From: Candidatus Binatia bacterium
GTDB lineage: Bacteria; Desulfobacterota; Binatia; HRBIN30
Direction: 5' to 3'
Assembly: GCA_038245295.1 (NCBI GenBank)
Contig: JBBRSP010000044.1
Span: 1-35,187, forward strand
Length of the DNA: 35,187 nt
Positions 1-7,998 of the stretch are shown piece by piece. The position numbers and the translations under genes are program-made. A model generated the notes under the pieces. The model searched no databases. It was not told the DNA's origin and saw only the letters and a list, made by a program, of their open reading frames with translations. Numbering within the stretch: position 1 is the stretch's first letter; each line of letters opens with the position of its first letter.

Positions 1-152
1 CAGGCTTTAGAGGCTGTCTCAAAACCTTGCGGAGCCGGCTTCGACAGGCTCAGCCTGAGCGGGTGCTTGGTTGATTTTCAAAGACATTTTGTCCGCTCGC
101 CCTGAGCCCGTCGAAGGGTGAGCCTATGTTTTGAGACAGCCCCTTTAGCCTG
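1..152. repeat. Nested palindromic element (MITE/REP-like)
   Basis: Outer inverted repeat caggctttagaggctgtctcaaaac ... gttttgagacagcccctttagcctg. It encloses an inner pair cttcgacaggctcagcctgagcgg ... ccgctcgccctgagcccgtcgaag. Confidence 0.8.
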
Positions 153-187
153 CGGCGCATCTGGCGGCGACTCCAAGGCAAACGGCC

Positions 188-1447
188 TCACGCGGCGAAA
201 CGTCCCTTCAACCACGCCACCACTTGTTTGAGCGCTTCGGGTGCGCCGCTGCGTTCCTGGGTACCGACACCAAAGCCGTAGTGATCGCCCGGCGCCGAGG
301 CGAAGGTTTTGTCGCTGGCGGCCAGGGCATCGAAGACGCTGCGCGCCGCGCTCGGGTAAATCGCGTTGTCGCCGCGATAGTAGATGACCATCGATGGCAG
401 CGTGATGTGCGCCGCATTCTTGACGACGTCGGCGTTCGACGACAGGCCCGACCATGTGCTCAGCCAGGCGCGCGGTGTCTGGACGCGGCCGAAACCGAAC
501 TCCATGTAGTTGGTCAGATCGGGACGATAGGAGAACAGCGATCCGGCGTCGCGCTCCGAGGGGTCCAGGGAGGTATCGAACATGCGCAGATCGGCTTCCG
601 TGCGATAAATGATCATATACGGACAGACGACGGCATGACGTTGGATCTTGGCGCGCTCCGACCATGGTCGCTTGGGGAAGTCGGGAAGAATCATCGCCAT
701 ACGCGCTTCGTTGCGGTGCTCGATATACTGATGCGCGATGGCATCCAGACGGCCGACGCGGGCGCGCTGAGCCGCACGGTAATGGGCGACGAACTCGGGG
801 GAGTAGTGGCTCGACTCGGGGGCGAGGCGATAGCCATTGTCGGGATTGAACGGGTCCAGACTCTCGTCGGTAGAGAGCGGATCTTCGTCGTCGACCACCG
901 ACGGATCGATCATGTCCATGAGGATCTTGCCCTCGCCGAGATGCGCCGCGAGGTTGATGTACCCGTCGACCAGCGGCAGGTCGTAGGCGTTCAGGTCGAC
1001 GAAATCACCCGCCGGAGTCTCCTTGAGACGCCCGGGCGGCGGCGTCGACGACTGGGCAATATAAAAGGCATAGAGGGAGCCACCGCCACTATTGCCGCAC
1101 AGGAGGATGTTCTCGAAACCGCGCTCGCGCAGCAAACGCACACCCGCCGCGACGTCCAGCAGCAGGTTCTCGTGCACACACAACTCGTCGTTGTTGATCC
1201 AGCGGCTGTTCTGCCCGAAGGCGGCATAACCCGCATCGAGCAGCGCCGGGATGGCGTAGTGGCGGCTCATGTCCGCCTTCGGATGCATGAAGCAAATGAC
1301 CGTCTTCGATTTGCCCTTCGTATGCAACAAGCCGCTGCTGAGGCCGCCGTCAGCCGCCTCGAGTTGAACCGACTCCTGGCGCACGGCCGGATCGATCGAC
1401 GCATAGTGGACACACTTGTACGGATTGTCGTAGCGGCCAAGTCGCAT
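188..1447 (-). CDS. Alpha/beta-fold hydrolase
   Basis: 419 aa ORF with nucleophile elbow CGNSGGGS, a later Asp (RGDNAI) and a C-terminal His (PGDHYG), the typical Ser-Asp-His layout. Confidence 0.8.
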   Translation of the reverse strand: MRLGRYDNPYKCVHYASIDPAVRQESVQLEAADGGLSSGLLHTKGKSKTVICFMHPKADMSRHYAIPALLDAGYAAFGQNSRWINNDELCVHENLLLDVAAGVRLLRERGFENILLCGNSGGGSLYAFYIAQSSTPPPGRLKETPAGDFVDLNAYDLPLVDGYINLAAHLGEGKILMDMIDPSVVDDEDPLSTDESLDPFNPDNGYRLAPESSHYSPEFVAHYRAAQRARVGRLDAIAHQYIEHRNEARMAMILPDFPKRPWSERAKIQRHAVVCPYMIIYRTEADLRMFDTSLDPSERDAGSLFSYRPDLTNYMEFGFGRVQTPRAWLSTWSGLSSNADVVKNAAHITLPSMVIYYRGDNAIYPSAARSVFDALAASDKTFASAPGDHYGFGVGTQERSGAPEALKQVVAWLKGRFAA

Positions 1448-1570
1448 TCCCGGGCTCCTTCCAAGGGGCGCGCCAACCTGTGACGAAACGCCGCTGGGGT
1501 CAATACGGGGGGCTACGCGGTAGTGTCTCCGTTTGACATGTTGGCGGCTGGTGGGTGGTGGATCTCATCG

Positions 1571-1662
1571 CGGAGCGCGCCACGCCGTGGCGCCCAACGC
1601 TGGAATCCAAACCCGTAGCAGGTACGGTTCCGTCTCCGGGCGCCACGGAGTGGCGCGCTCCG
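1571..1662. repeat. REP-like inverted pair (GGAG-type)
   Basis: cggagcgcgccacgccgtggcgccc (1571-1595) and gggcgccacggagtggcgcgctccg (1638-1662) form a 25-bp inverted repeat with 1 mismatch. Confidence 0.8.
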
Positions 1663-1722
1663 ATTAGAGACCATCGGTGGGCGTGGGCCCCAAAGACACA
1701 ACCGGCTGGGCGGATGGAAAAG

Positions 1723-1750
1723 GTAGGGGCGGTTCGCGAACCGGCCCCTA
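1723..1750. repeat. GTAG-type REP palindrome overlapping the GNAT stop codon
   Basis: gtaggggcggttcgcgaaccggccccta. The final cta (1748-1750) is the TAG stop of the GNAT ORF. Confidence 0.7.
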
Positions 1751-2551
1751 TGACGCTGCTACCAGCTCGTCGCCGCTGAAGATGTTGAACCCTGACGTCT
1801 CCACGAAGCCGAGGCGCGCATAGATACGCGCTGCCTCCTCCGTATTCGGATTGAGATGAACCAATCGGGCACCGGTGGCGAGGGCGCGTTCGACCAGCCA
1901 GCTCGTCAGCGTCGCGCCGATACCGCGGCGACGCATCGCGTCGCTCACACAAACGCCGAAGATTCCGACGCTGGGGCCGGCGCTTTCGTCGGTCGCGACG
2001 CCGGTAGCGACACCAACAATCGCATCGTCCACGGCGGCGACGACGGTCGTAAAACCGACAGCCCCGAGTTGTGGCGACACCCAACGCCGCGTCAGTTCGG
2101 GAGGATCTTCGAACGCCGCGGCGTCGACCGTAACAATGGCGTCGAGATCCTCAGGGGTTGCGATACGAAATCGCGCCGCCTGCCGCTGCTCCGGCAGAAC
2201 CGGCGCAAAGTGCTCCGGCAGCAACGCCATGCAGCGCTGGGCGAACACAAAACGGCCGTACGGCCAATCGACACCCAGCGGCACACGCACGCCCCACGGA
2301 ACACCAACGCCGTCGGCACGCCGGGCATACCAATCGCGCACGGCGGCCATATCGATCCGAGAGGCGTCGATGACATCGCCATTGTTCCACTGTGGCGCCG
2401 GAATACCGGAAGCCATCAACGAAATGCCGGGCAGAATGACGGCGCCGCCACCGAACGCGGTGCGTAGGCGTCCCTGCAGCTGCCAGGTGTCAGCGTGGGC
2501 GGCGCGAACTTCTGCGGAAAGCTTTTCGTGGTCGGTGGGCACCGTGACCAC
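1748..2551 (-). CDS. GNAT family N-acetyltransferase
   Basis: C-terminal GNAT acetyl-CoA motif VCVSDAMRRRGIG and AARIYARLGF. Start codon uncertain. Confidence 0.85.
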   Translation of the reverse strand: MVTVPTDHEKLSAEVRAAHADTWQLQGRLRTAFGGGAVILPGISLMASGIPAPQWNNGDVIDASRIDMAAVRDWYARRADGVGVPWGVRVPLGVDWPYGRFVFAQRCMALLPEHFAPVLPEQRQAARFRIATPEDLDAIVTVDAAAFEDPPELTRRWVSPQLGAVGFTTVVAAVDDAIVGVATGVATDESAGPSVGIFGVCVSDAMRRRGIGATLTSWLVERALATGARLVHLNPNTEEAARIYARLGFVETSGFNIFSGDELVAAS

Positions 2552-2559
2552 AAGAGAAC

Positions 2560-2596
2560 AAAGCAGCCCGCGCCGTCAAGCGACGCGGGCTGTTTC
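2560..2596 (-). terminator. Probable intrinsic terminator after the DEAD-box helicase
   Basis: Hairpin cagcccgcg...cgcgggctg, followed by a T-rich stretch (ctttgttc) on the minus strand, just after the stop at 2607. Confidence 0.6.
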
Positions 2597-2606
2597 GAAG
2601 GATCGA

Positions 2607-3854
2607 TCAGGCGTAGCGGGCGACGCGCGGGCGATCGTCGTTACGCTTGCTGAAGCGCGACGGAGTGAAGCGACGCGGTGCATCCGCCGAGGCTGGGCGC
2701 AGCGCCATCGGTGCGGCGCCTTCTGGTCTCGCCAGGTCATGTGCCTGACGCGGCAACGGCTTGCCGATGTGACGCTCGATGGCGCGCAACTGATTACGCT
2801 CGTCGGCCGAAGCAAAACTGGTGGCCCGGCCGCTGGCGCCGGCGCGTGAGGTACGGCCGACACGGTGGACATAATCTTCCGCCGTGTGCGGCAGGTCGAA
2901 GTTGACCACGTGGTTGATGCCGGTCACGTCGATACCGCGCGCCGCGATGTCGGTGGCGATCAGGATCCGGTAGCGACCGTCCTTGAACCCTTGCAGAGCG
3001 GCACGCCGCTGCGCCTGGGTGCGATCGGAGTGCAAACGCTCGACGGCATGGCCGGCGTTGCGAACGGTCTTGGCGAGACGGTCGGCGCGATGCTTGGTGC
3101 GCGTAAAAATCAGCACCGTCCCGTTGGACTCGCCCATCAACGAGAGCAGCAGAGGGGTCTTCTGTTGCTGCTCGACGAGATACACATCCTGATCGGTCTG
3201 GCTCGGCGGAATCGCCTGCTCGCCGACCGAGATCTTGACGGGACTGTTGAGGTGCATGCGCACGATGGCATCGAGATCCGACGGCATGGTGGCCGAGAAC
3301 AGTAGCGTTTGGCGCGTCTTGGGGAGCACCGCCATGATGCGATCGAGCTGCGGCTTGAAGCCCATGTCGAGCATACGATCGGCTTCGTCGAGGACGAAGA
3401 TGCGCACATCCGACAGCGACATGGTGCGGCGTTCGAGGTGATCAACCAGCCGCCCGGGGGTAGCGATGATCAACGACGGACGGCGTCGCAACGCGTCGTA
3501 CTGCGGTCCGTAACTGACGCCGCCGACCACCAGGGCCGAGCGCGCCGAACCGCCGAAACGTTGTGCCCATTGATGAATCTGCTCGGCGAGCTCGCGGGTC
3601 GGGGCCAGCACCAGCGCGCAACCGGGTTGCGGCGATGCCTGCTGCTCACGAAGCCGTTCGAAGATGGGAACCAGAAATGCTGCCGTTTTGCCCGTTCCGG
3701 TCTGGGCAATACCAATCAGATCGCGCCCTTCGAGGGCGGGTGGGATCGCGGCCGCCTGTACGGGGGTAGGCGTCTCAAACTTGGCTGCCTGCAATGCCGC
3801 TTGCATCGCTGACGACAGCTGTAGCTGTGCAAATGAACTGACGATTTGACTCAC
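2607..3854 (-). CDS. DEAD-box ATP-dependent RNA helicase (RhlE-like)
   Basis: Motifs Q (TPVQ), AQTGTGKT, PTRELA, TPGRL, DEAD, SAT, ARGID and HRVGRTSR. GTG start with upstream aagga. Confidence 0.95.
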   Translation of the reverse strand: MSQIVSSFAQLQLSSAMQAALQAAKFETPTPVQAAAIPPALEGRDLIGIAQTGTGKTAAFLVPIFERLREQQASPQPGCALVLAPTRELAEQIHQWAQRFGGSARSALVVGGVSYGPQYDALRRRPSLIIATPGRLVDHLERRTMSLSDVRIFVLDEADRMLDMGFKPQLDRIMAVLPKTRQTLLFSATMPSDLDAIVRMHLNSPVKISVGEQAIPPSQTDQDVYLVEQQQKTPLLLSLMGESNGTVLIFTRTKHRADRLAKTVRNAGHAVERLHSDRTQAQRRAALQGFKDGRYRILIATDIAARGIDVTGINHVVNFDLPHTAEDYVHRVGRTSRAGASGRATSFASADERNQLRAIERHIGKPLPRQAHDLARPEGAAPMALRPASADAPRRFTPSRFSKRNDDRPRVARYA

Positions 3855-3902
3855 AAATTTTCCTTACTGGGTGAAGCGAACGAGGAGGGTGTTGAAGGCA
3901 GG

Positions 3903-3938
3903 AAAAACGGCGGCGCGCCGAGGTCGGCGCGCCGCTGT
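3903..3938 (-). terminator. Intrinsic terminator between the RRM gene and the helicase
   Basis: Minus strand acagcggcgcgccga-cc-tcggcgcgccgccg-ttttt: a long GC stem plus U-tract. Confidence 0.75.
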
Positions 3939-3968
3939 ATTCGTTTATTTTTCGAGGTGTTGCGGATC

Positions 3969-4328
3969 TTAGTAACGGCGATTCCAGCCGCCACCACCAC
4001 CACCGCCGCCGCCCCCACGGCCACCGCCGCCGCCGAAGCCGCCGCGGCCACCGCCGCCGCCGCCGCCGCCGCCGCCACCTTCGCGCTCACGCGCTTCGTT
4101 GACGTTGATCGCGCGGCCCTTCAGTTCGTACTTGTCAAACTGTTGGATGGCGCGTTGGCTCTCATCATTGGAGCTCATCTCGACAAAGCCGAAGCCGCGC
4201 GAGCGACCCGTCTCACGATCAGTGATGACCGTGGCCGATTCGCAGACGCCTGCCTGGCTGAAGAGATCCTGCAGATCCCGGTTGGTAACTTCGAACGACA
4301 AATTTCCTACGAACAATTTACGTCCCAT
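3969..4328 (-). CDS. RRM (RNP-1) RNA-binding protein with Gly-rich tail
   Basis: RNP2 KLFVGNL, RNP1 RGFGFVEM and a C-terminal Gly/Arg tail. Upstream RBS aaggag. Confidence 0.95.
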   Translation of the reverse strand: MGRKLFVGNLSFEVTNRDLQDLFSQAGVCESATVITDRETGRSRGFGFVEMSSNDESQRAIQQFDKYELKGRAINVNEAREREGGGGGGGGGGGRGGFGGGGGRGGGGGGGGGGWNRRY

Positions 4329-4623
4329 GATGGCACGTACTCCTTGAACTGTGGCCGCCTAAGCAACCGGTTTACGGATAGAGTCCACGCATTGCGAACC
4401 CCGGTGGGCCAGCCTTCTGGCTTCACCTGCGGGCCCCGGCACCTGTTGCCGTCGCCCGTTTTGGCTGAGTGTGTGAGCGGAATTGCGCGGTCGTTCGAGA
4501 GCGCTGAGATTAACGAAGGGACAGGCCATTGCGCCAAACAGTCAGACGTCAAGCCTCTAGCAAGACGTCAAGAGCAGTACAAGCCTCAAATCGAAGAAAA
4601 CCCACAGCACCCTTCCGCACGGC

Positions 4624-5283
4624 TCAACAAACAAGGGCCAACAGCTCGGCCGGTGTCGCCAGCAACCTGTCCGGCCGGGTCTCCTGCAACGCGGCAACAT
4701 TGAAGCAACCCCAGGTGGCGCCAAAGGCGGTAACACCGGCGGCCCGGGCTCCGAGAATGTCGGCGGCGCTGTCGCCGACCGCGACGGCCTGTGACGCATC
4801 GATCGCAAGTCGATCCAAGGCCAGGCGAAATGGCTCGGGATCGGGCTTCGGGCGCGTGCACTCGTCAAACCCGACGACCGTTTCGAAGCACTCGTGCAAG
4901 CCGACGCGCGCCAACTGGCGCGTCGCCACGGCGCGCATCTTGGTCGTCACGATCGCCAGACGCACGCCGCGTTGCAGTAACTCCCGCAACACAACATCCA
5001 TGCCGGCACACCACACGATGCTTGCCTCACGCTTCTCTTGATGGCGGCGATAGGTCTGCACCATCGCCTCGACCGCGGCGTCGCCATCGCCAGGCTCACA
5101 CACCAGGCGAAACAGATCGGCCAGGGGTTGCCCGACGTTGTTTTCCAGAAGCTGACGCGGGAAGCCAATGCCGCGATGCAAATTGGTGGCGTAGTCGAGA
5201 CACGAGAAGATGAGCTCGTTGGTATCGAGGACCGTACCGTCGAGATCAAAGAGCACCGCCTTGATATCGTCGCTTGATTGCAC
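4624..5283 (-). CDS. HAD-IA hydrolase (PpaX/Gph-like phosphatase)
   Basis: Motif I FDLDGTVLDT, motif II VTTK, KPDPEP and motif IV VGDSAAD. Confidence 0.9.
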   Translation of the reverse strand: MQSSDDIKAVLFDLDGTVLDTNELIFSCLDYATNLHRGIGFPRQLLENNVGQPLADLFRLVCEPGDGDAAVEAMVQTYRRHQEKREASIVWCAGMDVVLRELLQRGVRLAIVTTKMRAVATRQLARVGLHECFETVVGFDECTRPKPDPEPFRLALDRLAIDASQAVAVGDSAADILGARAAGVTAFGATWGCFNVAALQETRPDRLLATPAELLALVC

Positions 5284-5291
5284 AATGGCTT

Positions 5292-6500
5292 CTAGCGCGG
5301 GGTCGCCTCGGGGGTTGCGTAGTCGATGCGATAGATCGCCCCGGTTGTATCGTCGGAAACGTACAGATTGCCGTCCGGACCGACGGCGACATCGACGGGC
5401 CGGCCGAAGACGGCGTCATACTCCGTAAATCCCGTCGCGAATGGTTCTTCGCGGATCGTCCCGTCAGTTCCGAAAAACAGAGCCACCACAGCGTAGCCGC
5501 TCTTGGCCAAGCGATTCCACGACCCGTGCTGCGCCACAAAGGCGGCGCCCCGATAGAGCGGCGGGAATCGCTTGGCGTTATAGAAAGTGATGCCGAGAGG
5601 TGCGACGTGCGCCCCGAAGGAATGCGCCGGCGAAATCGAGGTCTCGATCTGCGCCTCATGCCCCGTACCCTGATCGGGGTCCGTAACTCGATTGCCATTG
5701 GTAAAAGGCCAACCGTAAAAGCCGCCCTCGACGATCCGATTCAGCTCGCATGGCGGGAAATCGTCACCAAGCCAGTCACGGCCGTTGTCGGTCGCAAACA
5801 TTTCGCCGTTGGCCGGATTCCAGGCCATACCGACGGAGTTGCGCAGGCCGGACGCAAAAATTGTGGCCCCCGTGCCATCGAGCTCACTGCGTAGGATCGT
5901 CGCCCGCCACGGATGCTGTTCGATACAAACGTTGCAACTCGATCCGATCGAAACGTAGAGCTTGTGATCGGGCCCGATCGCCACCGATCGCGTCCAATGC
6001 CCCCCGGTTGGAATGTCCCGCAGCACGTATTCGGGAGCCCCGAGAACCGCCCGGTTCTGGCCATCGAAGCGAATACGAAACACGGCGGTGGCTTCGGCGA
6101 CGTAAAGCCAACCGTCAAACAGGGCGAGGCCATGCGGATTGTTCAATTTGCTCAACAACACGTCGATACCGTCGGGACTGCCATCGCGATCGGCGTCATT
6201 GTGCAGGAGAAAGACACGCCCTTGCTGCGGCGAGCTCACGAGCAAGTCGCCACGTCCAGTGAACCGCATGATACGCGCCCCGGCTAAACCGAGAGCATAG
6301 ACCTGAATATGAAAACCGTCGGGCAAGTGCACTTGCTGCTCGAGCTGGGCCTGCGGCAAAGGCTCCGTGCGCGCCGCGTGCAGCGGTCCTGGAGCCGAGT
6401 AGAAGGCAATCAGGGCAAACGTGAGCAAGCAGGTAAGCACGGTCAAGCCGCGCACGAACCGATGCAACATTCCACTCGCCGTGACAGGTCGTCGTATCAT
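5292..6500 (-). CDS. Exported PQQ-dependent sugar / L-sorbosone dehydrogenase family beta-propeller
   Basis: Motifs LPDGFHI, IGSSCNVC, GLRNSVG, DNGRDWLGDDFPPCELN, HGSWNR and GRPVDV, with an N-terminal hydrophobic segment. Real start is likely 6500 or 6470, not the ORF-track 6995, which overlaps cca. Confidence 0.85.
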   Translation of the reverse strand: MIRRPVTASGMLHRFVRGLTVLTCLLTFALIAFYSAPGPLHAARTEPLPQAQLEQQVHLPDGFHIQVYALGLAGARIMRFTGRGDLLVSSPQQGRVFLLHNDADRDGSPDGIDVLLSKLNNPHGLALFDGWLYVAEATAVFRIRFDGQNRAVLGAPEYVLRDIPTGGHWTRSVAIGPDHKLYVSIGSSCNVCIEQHPWRATILRSELDGTGATIFASGLRNSVGMAWNPANGEMFATDNGRDWLGDDFPPCELNRIVEGGFYGWPFTNGNRVTDPDQGTGHEAQIETSISPAHSFGAHVAPLGITFYNAKRFPPLYRGAAFVAQHGSWNRLAKSGYAVVALFFGTDGTIREEPFATGFTEYDAVFGRPVDVAVGPDGNLYVSDDTTGAIYRIDYATPEATPR

Positions 6501-6651
6501 CCGCAAGCCTGCTTCACCCACCTTCCAGGCCACATGGTAGTCGGAGCGCGCCGAAGAATCGATGCAAAACGCTCCGGGAAGCGCCAAGCGTGGAATCGAC
6601 GCCGCCTTGGCGAGCTTGACCCTCCGCCGAGCGGTTGCGAGCATGCGCCGC

Positions 6652-7968
6652 ATGACACGCGCCGAAGCCGCCGCTCGCTCGATCGCTGAGCGCTTACACA
6701 CGGCCGGGCATACCGCCTTGCTGGCAGGCGGCTGCGTGCGCGACCGGCTCCTCGGCCGCGAGCCCAAAGACTTCGACATCGCTACCAGCGCCCCCGCCGC
6801 CGTCGTGCAGCTGCTGTTCGACAAAACGATCCCTGTCGGCGTGCAGTTCGGCGTCGTCATCGTCGTCGTCGACGAGCAACCCGTCGAGGTGGCAACCTTT
6901 CGTGCCGACGCCGAATACGTCGACGGGCGCCACCCGGTGAGCGTACGCTTCAGCTCACCGGAAGAGGACGCCCAACGCCGTGATTTCACCATCAATGGGA
7001 TGTTCCTCGATCCGCAAACCGATGCGGTGATCGATTACGTCGGCGGCCAGGCCGATCTGCAAGGCGGCATCATTCGCGCCATCGGCGACGCGCGCGCCCG
7101 TATCGCCGAAGACCGTTTGCGCATGTTGCGGGCAGTCCGCTTCTCGGCGCGACTGGGATTCACCATCGAGCCAACCACCTTCTCCGCCATTCGCGCCGCC
7201 GCCCTGACCATCGCCGATATGTCGTGGGAAAGGATCGGCGACGAGATCACCAAGATGTTGACCGATGCCGCCAACGGCAGCGCTCGACGCGCTTTCGAAT
7301 TGCTCGACCAGACTGGTCTGCTGGCTCCGATCCTGCCGGAGATGATGCGCATGAAGGGCGTCGAGCAGTCACCGGACTTTCATCCGGAAGGCGACGTCTT
7401 TGTCCACACCCTCTGCCTGCTGCAGCAACTCGAGCGCCCCAGCGAGACACTCGCCTACGGCGCCCTCTTGCACGACATCGCCAAGCCGCGCACCGCCAAC
7501 AAGACGGAAAAGCGGATTACCTTCTACGGACACTGCGAGATCGGCGCCGAGATGGCCGTGACGATCTGCCAACGCCTACGCCGCAGTCGCGAGACCTGGG
7601 AGCGCGTATCGGCGCTGGTGCGCGACCACCTCAAGATGACGATGGCGCCACAGATGCGACTCAGCACGCTGAAACGCTTCCTCGCCAGCGAGCATCTCGA
7701 AGAGCTGTTGGAACTGGGCTCCTACGATGCCCGGGCCTCGAGCGGCGATCTCGGCTTCATTGAATTCTGCCGCGCCAAGCTGGTCGAGCTCGCCAACGAC
7801 GTGAAGCCGGAGCCGCTGGTGCGTGGACGCGATCTGCTAGCCTTGGGGTTTCCGCCCGGGCCGCGCTTCGGCGAGATCCTCGCCGCCGTCTCCGAGGCGC
7901 AGCTCGAAGGCGAGCTCGCCGATCGTGATAGCGCCCTCGCCTGGGTCCGCAAACGCTATTTCATCTGA
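6652..7968 (+). CDS. cca: CCA tRNA nucleotidyltransferase with HD domain
   Basis: Class II NTase motifs GGCVRD..DFD, RRDFTIN and EDRLRMLR, an intact flexible loop (YVDGRHP) and HD motifs HPEGDVFVHT/LLHD. It lacks the poly(A) polymerase G[RK][RK]F signature. Start taken as ATG 6652. Confidence 0.85.
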   Translation: MTRAEAAARSIAERLHTAGHTALLAGGCVRDRLLGREPKDFDIATSAPAAVVQLLFDKTIPVGVQFGVVIVVVDEQPVEVATFRADAEYVDGRHPVSVRFSSPEEDAQRRDFTINGMFLDPQTDAVIDYVGGQADLQGGIIRAIGDARARIAEDRLRMLRAVRFSARLGFTIEPTTFSAIRAAALTIADMSWERIGDEITKMLTDAANGSARRAFELLDQTGLLAPILPEMMRMKGVEQSPDFHPEGDVFVHTLCLLQQLERPSETLAYGALLHDIAKPRTANKTEKRITFYGHCEIGAEMAVTICQRLRRSRETWERVSALVRDHLKMTMAPQMRLSTLKRFLASEHLEELLELGSYDARASSGDLGFIEFCRAKLVELANDVKPEPLVRGRDLLALGFPPGPRFGEILAAVSEAQLEGELADRDSALAWVRKRYFI

Positions 7969-7998
7969 TCGACGCGCAAGCCGGCGCTGCGCCACCGT

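Noticed and set aside
224..1483. Long antisense ORFs (also 13398-14699, 19036-20304, 22790-24097, 31056-32900)
   Set aside because: Shadows of real genes in high-GC DNA, with no recognisable motifs.
6501..6995. N-terminal extensions in the ORF track (sugar dehydrogenase; similarly gap 24158, pgk 25445, tpiA 26826, tolQ 24148)
   Set aside because: They overlap other genes or repeats. Downstream starts fit the family N-termini and, in most cases, RBS positions.
6652..7968. Poly(A) polymerase or split CC-adding enzyme
   Set aside because: The PAP signature is absent, while the flexible loop and EDxxR template motif are present. An A-adding-only enzyme cannot be fully excluded.
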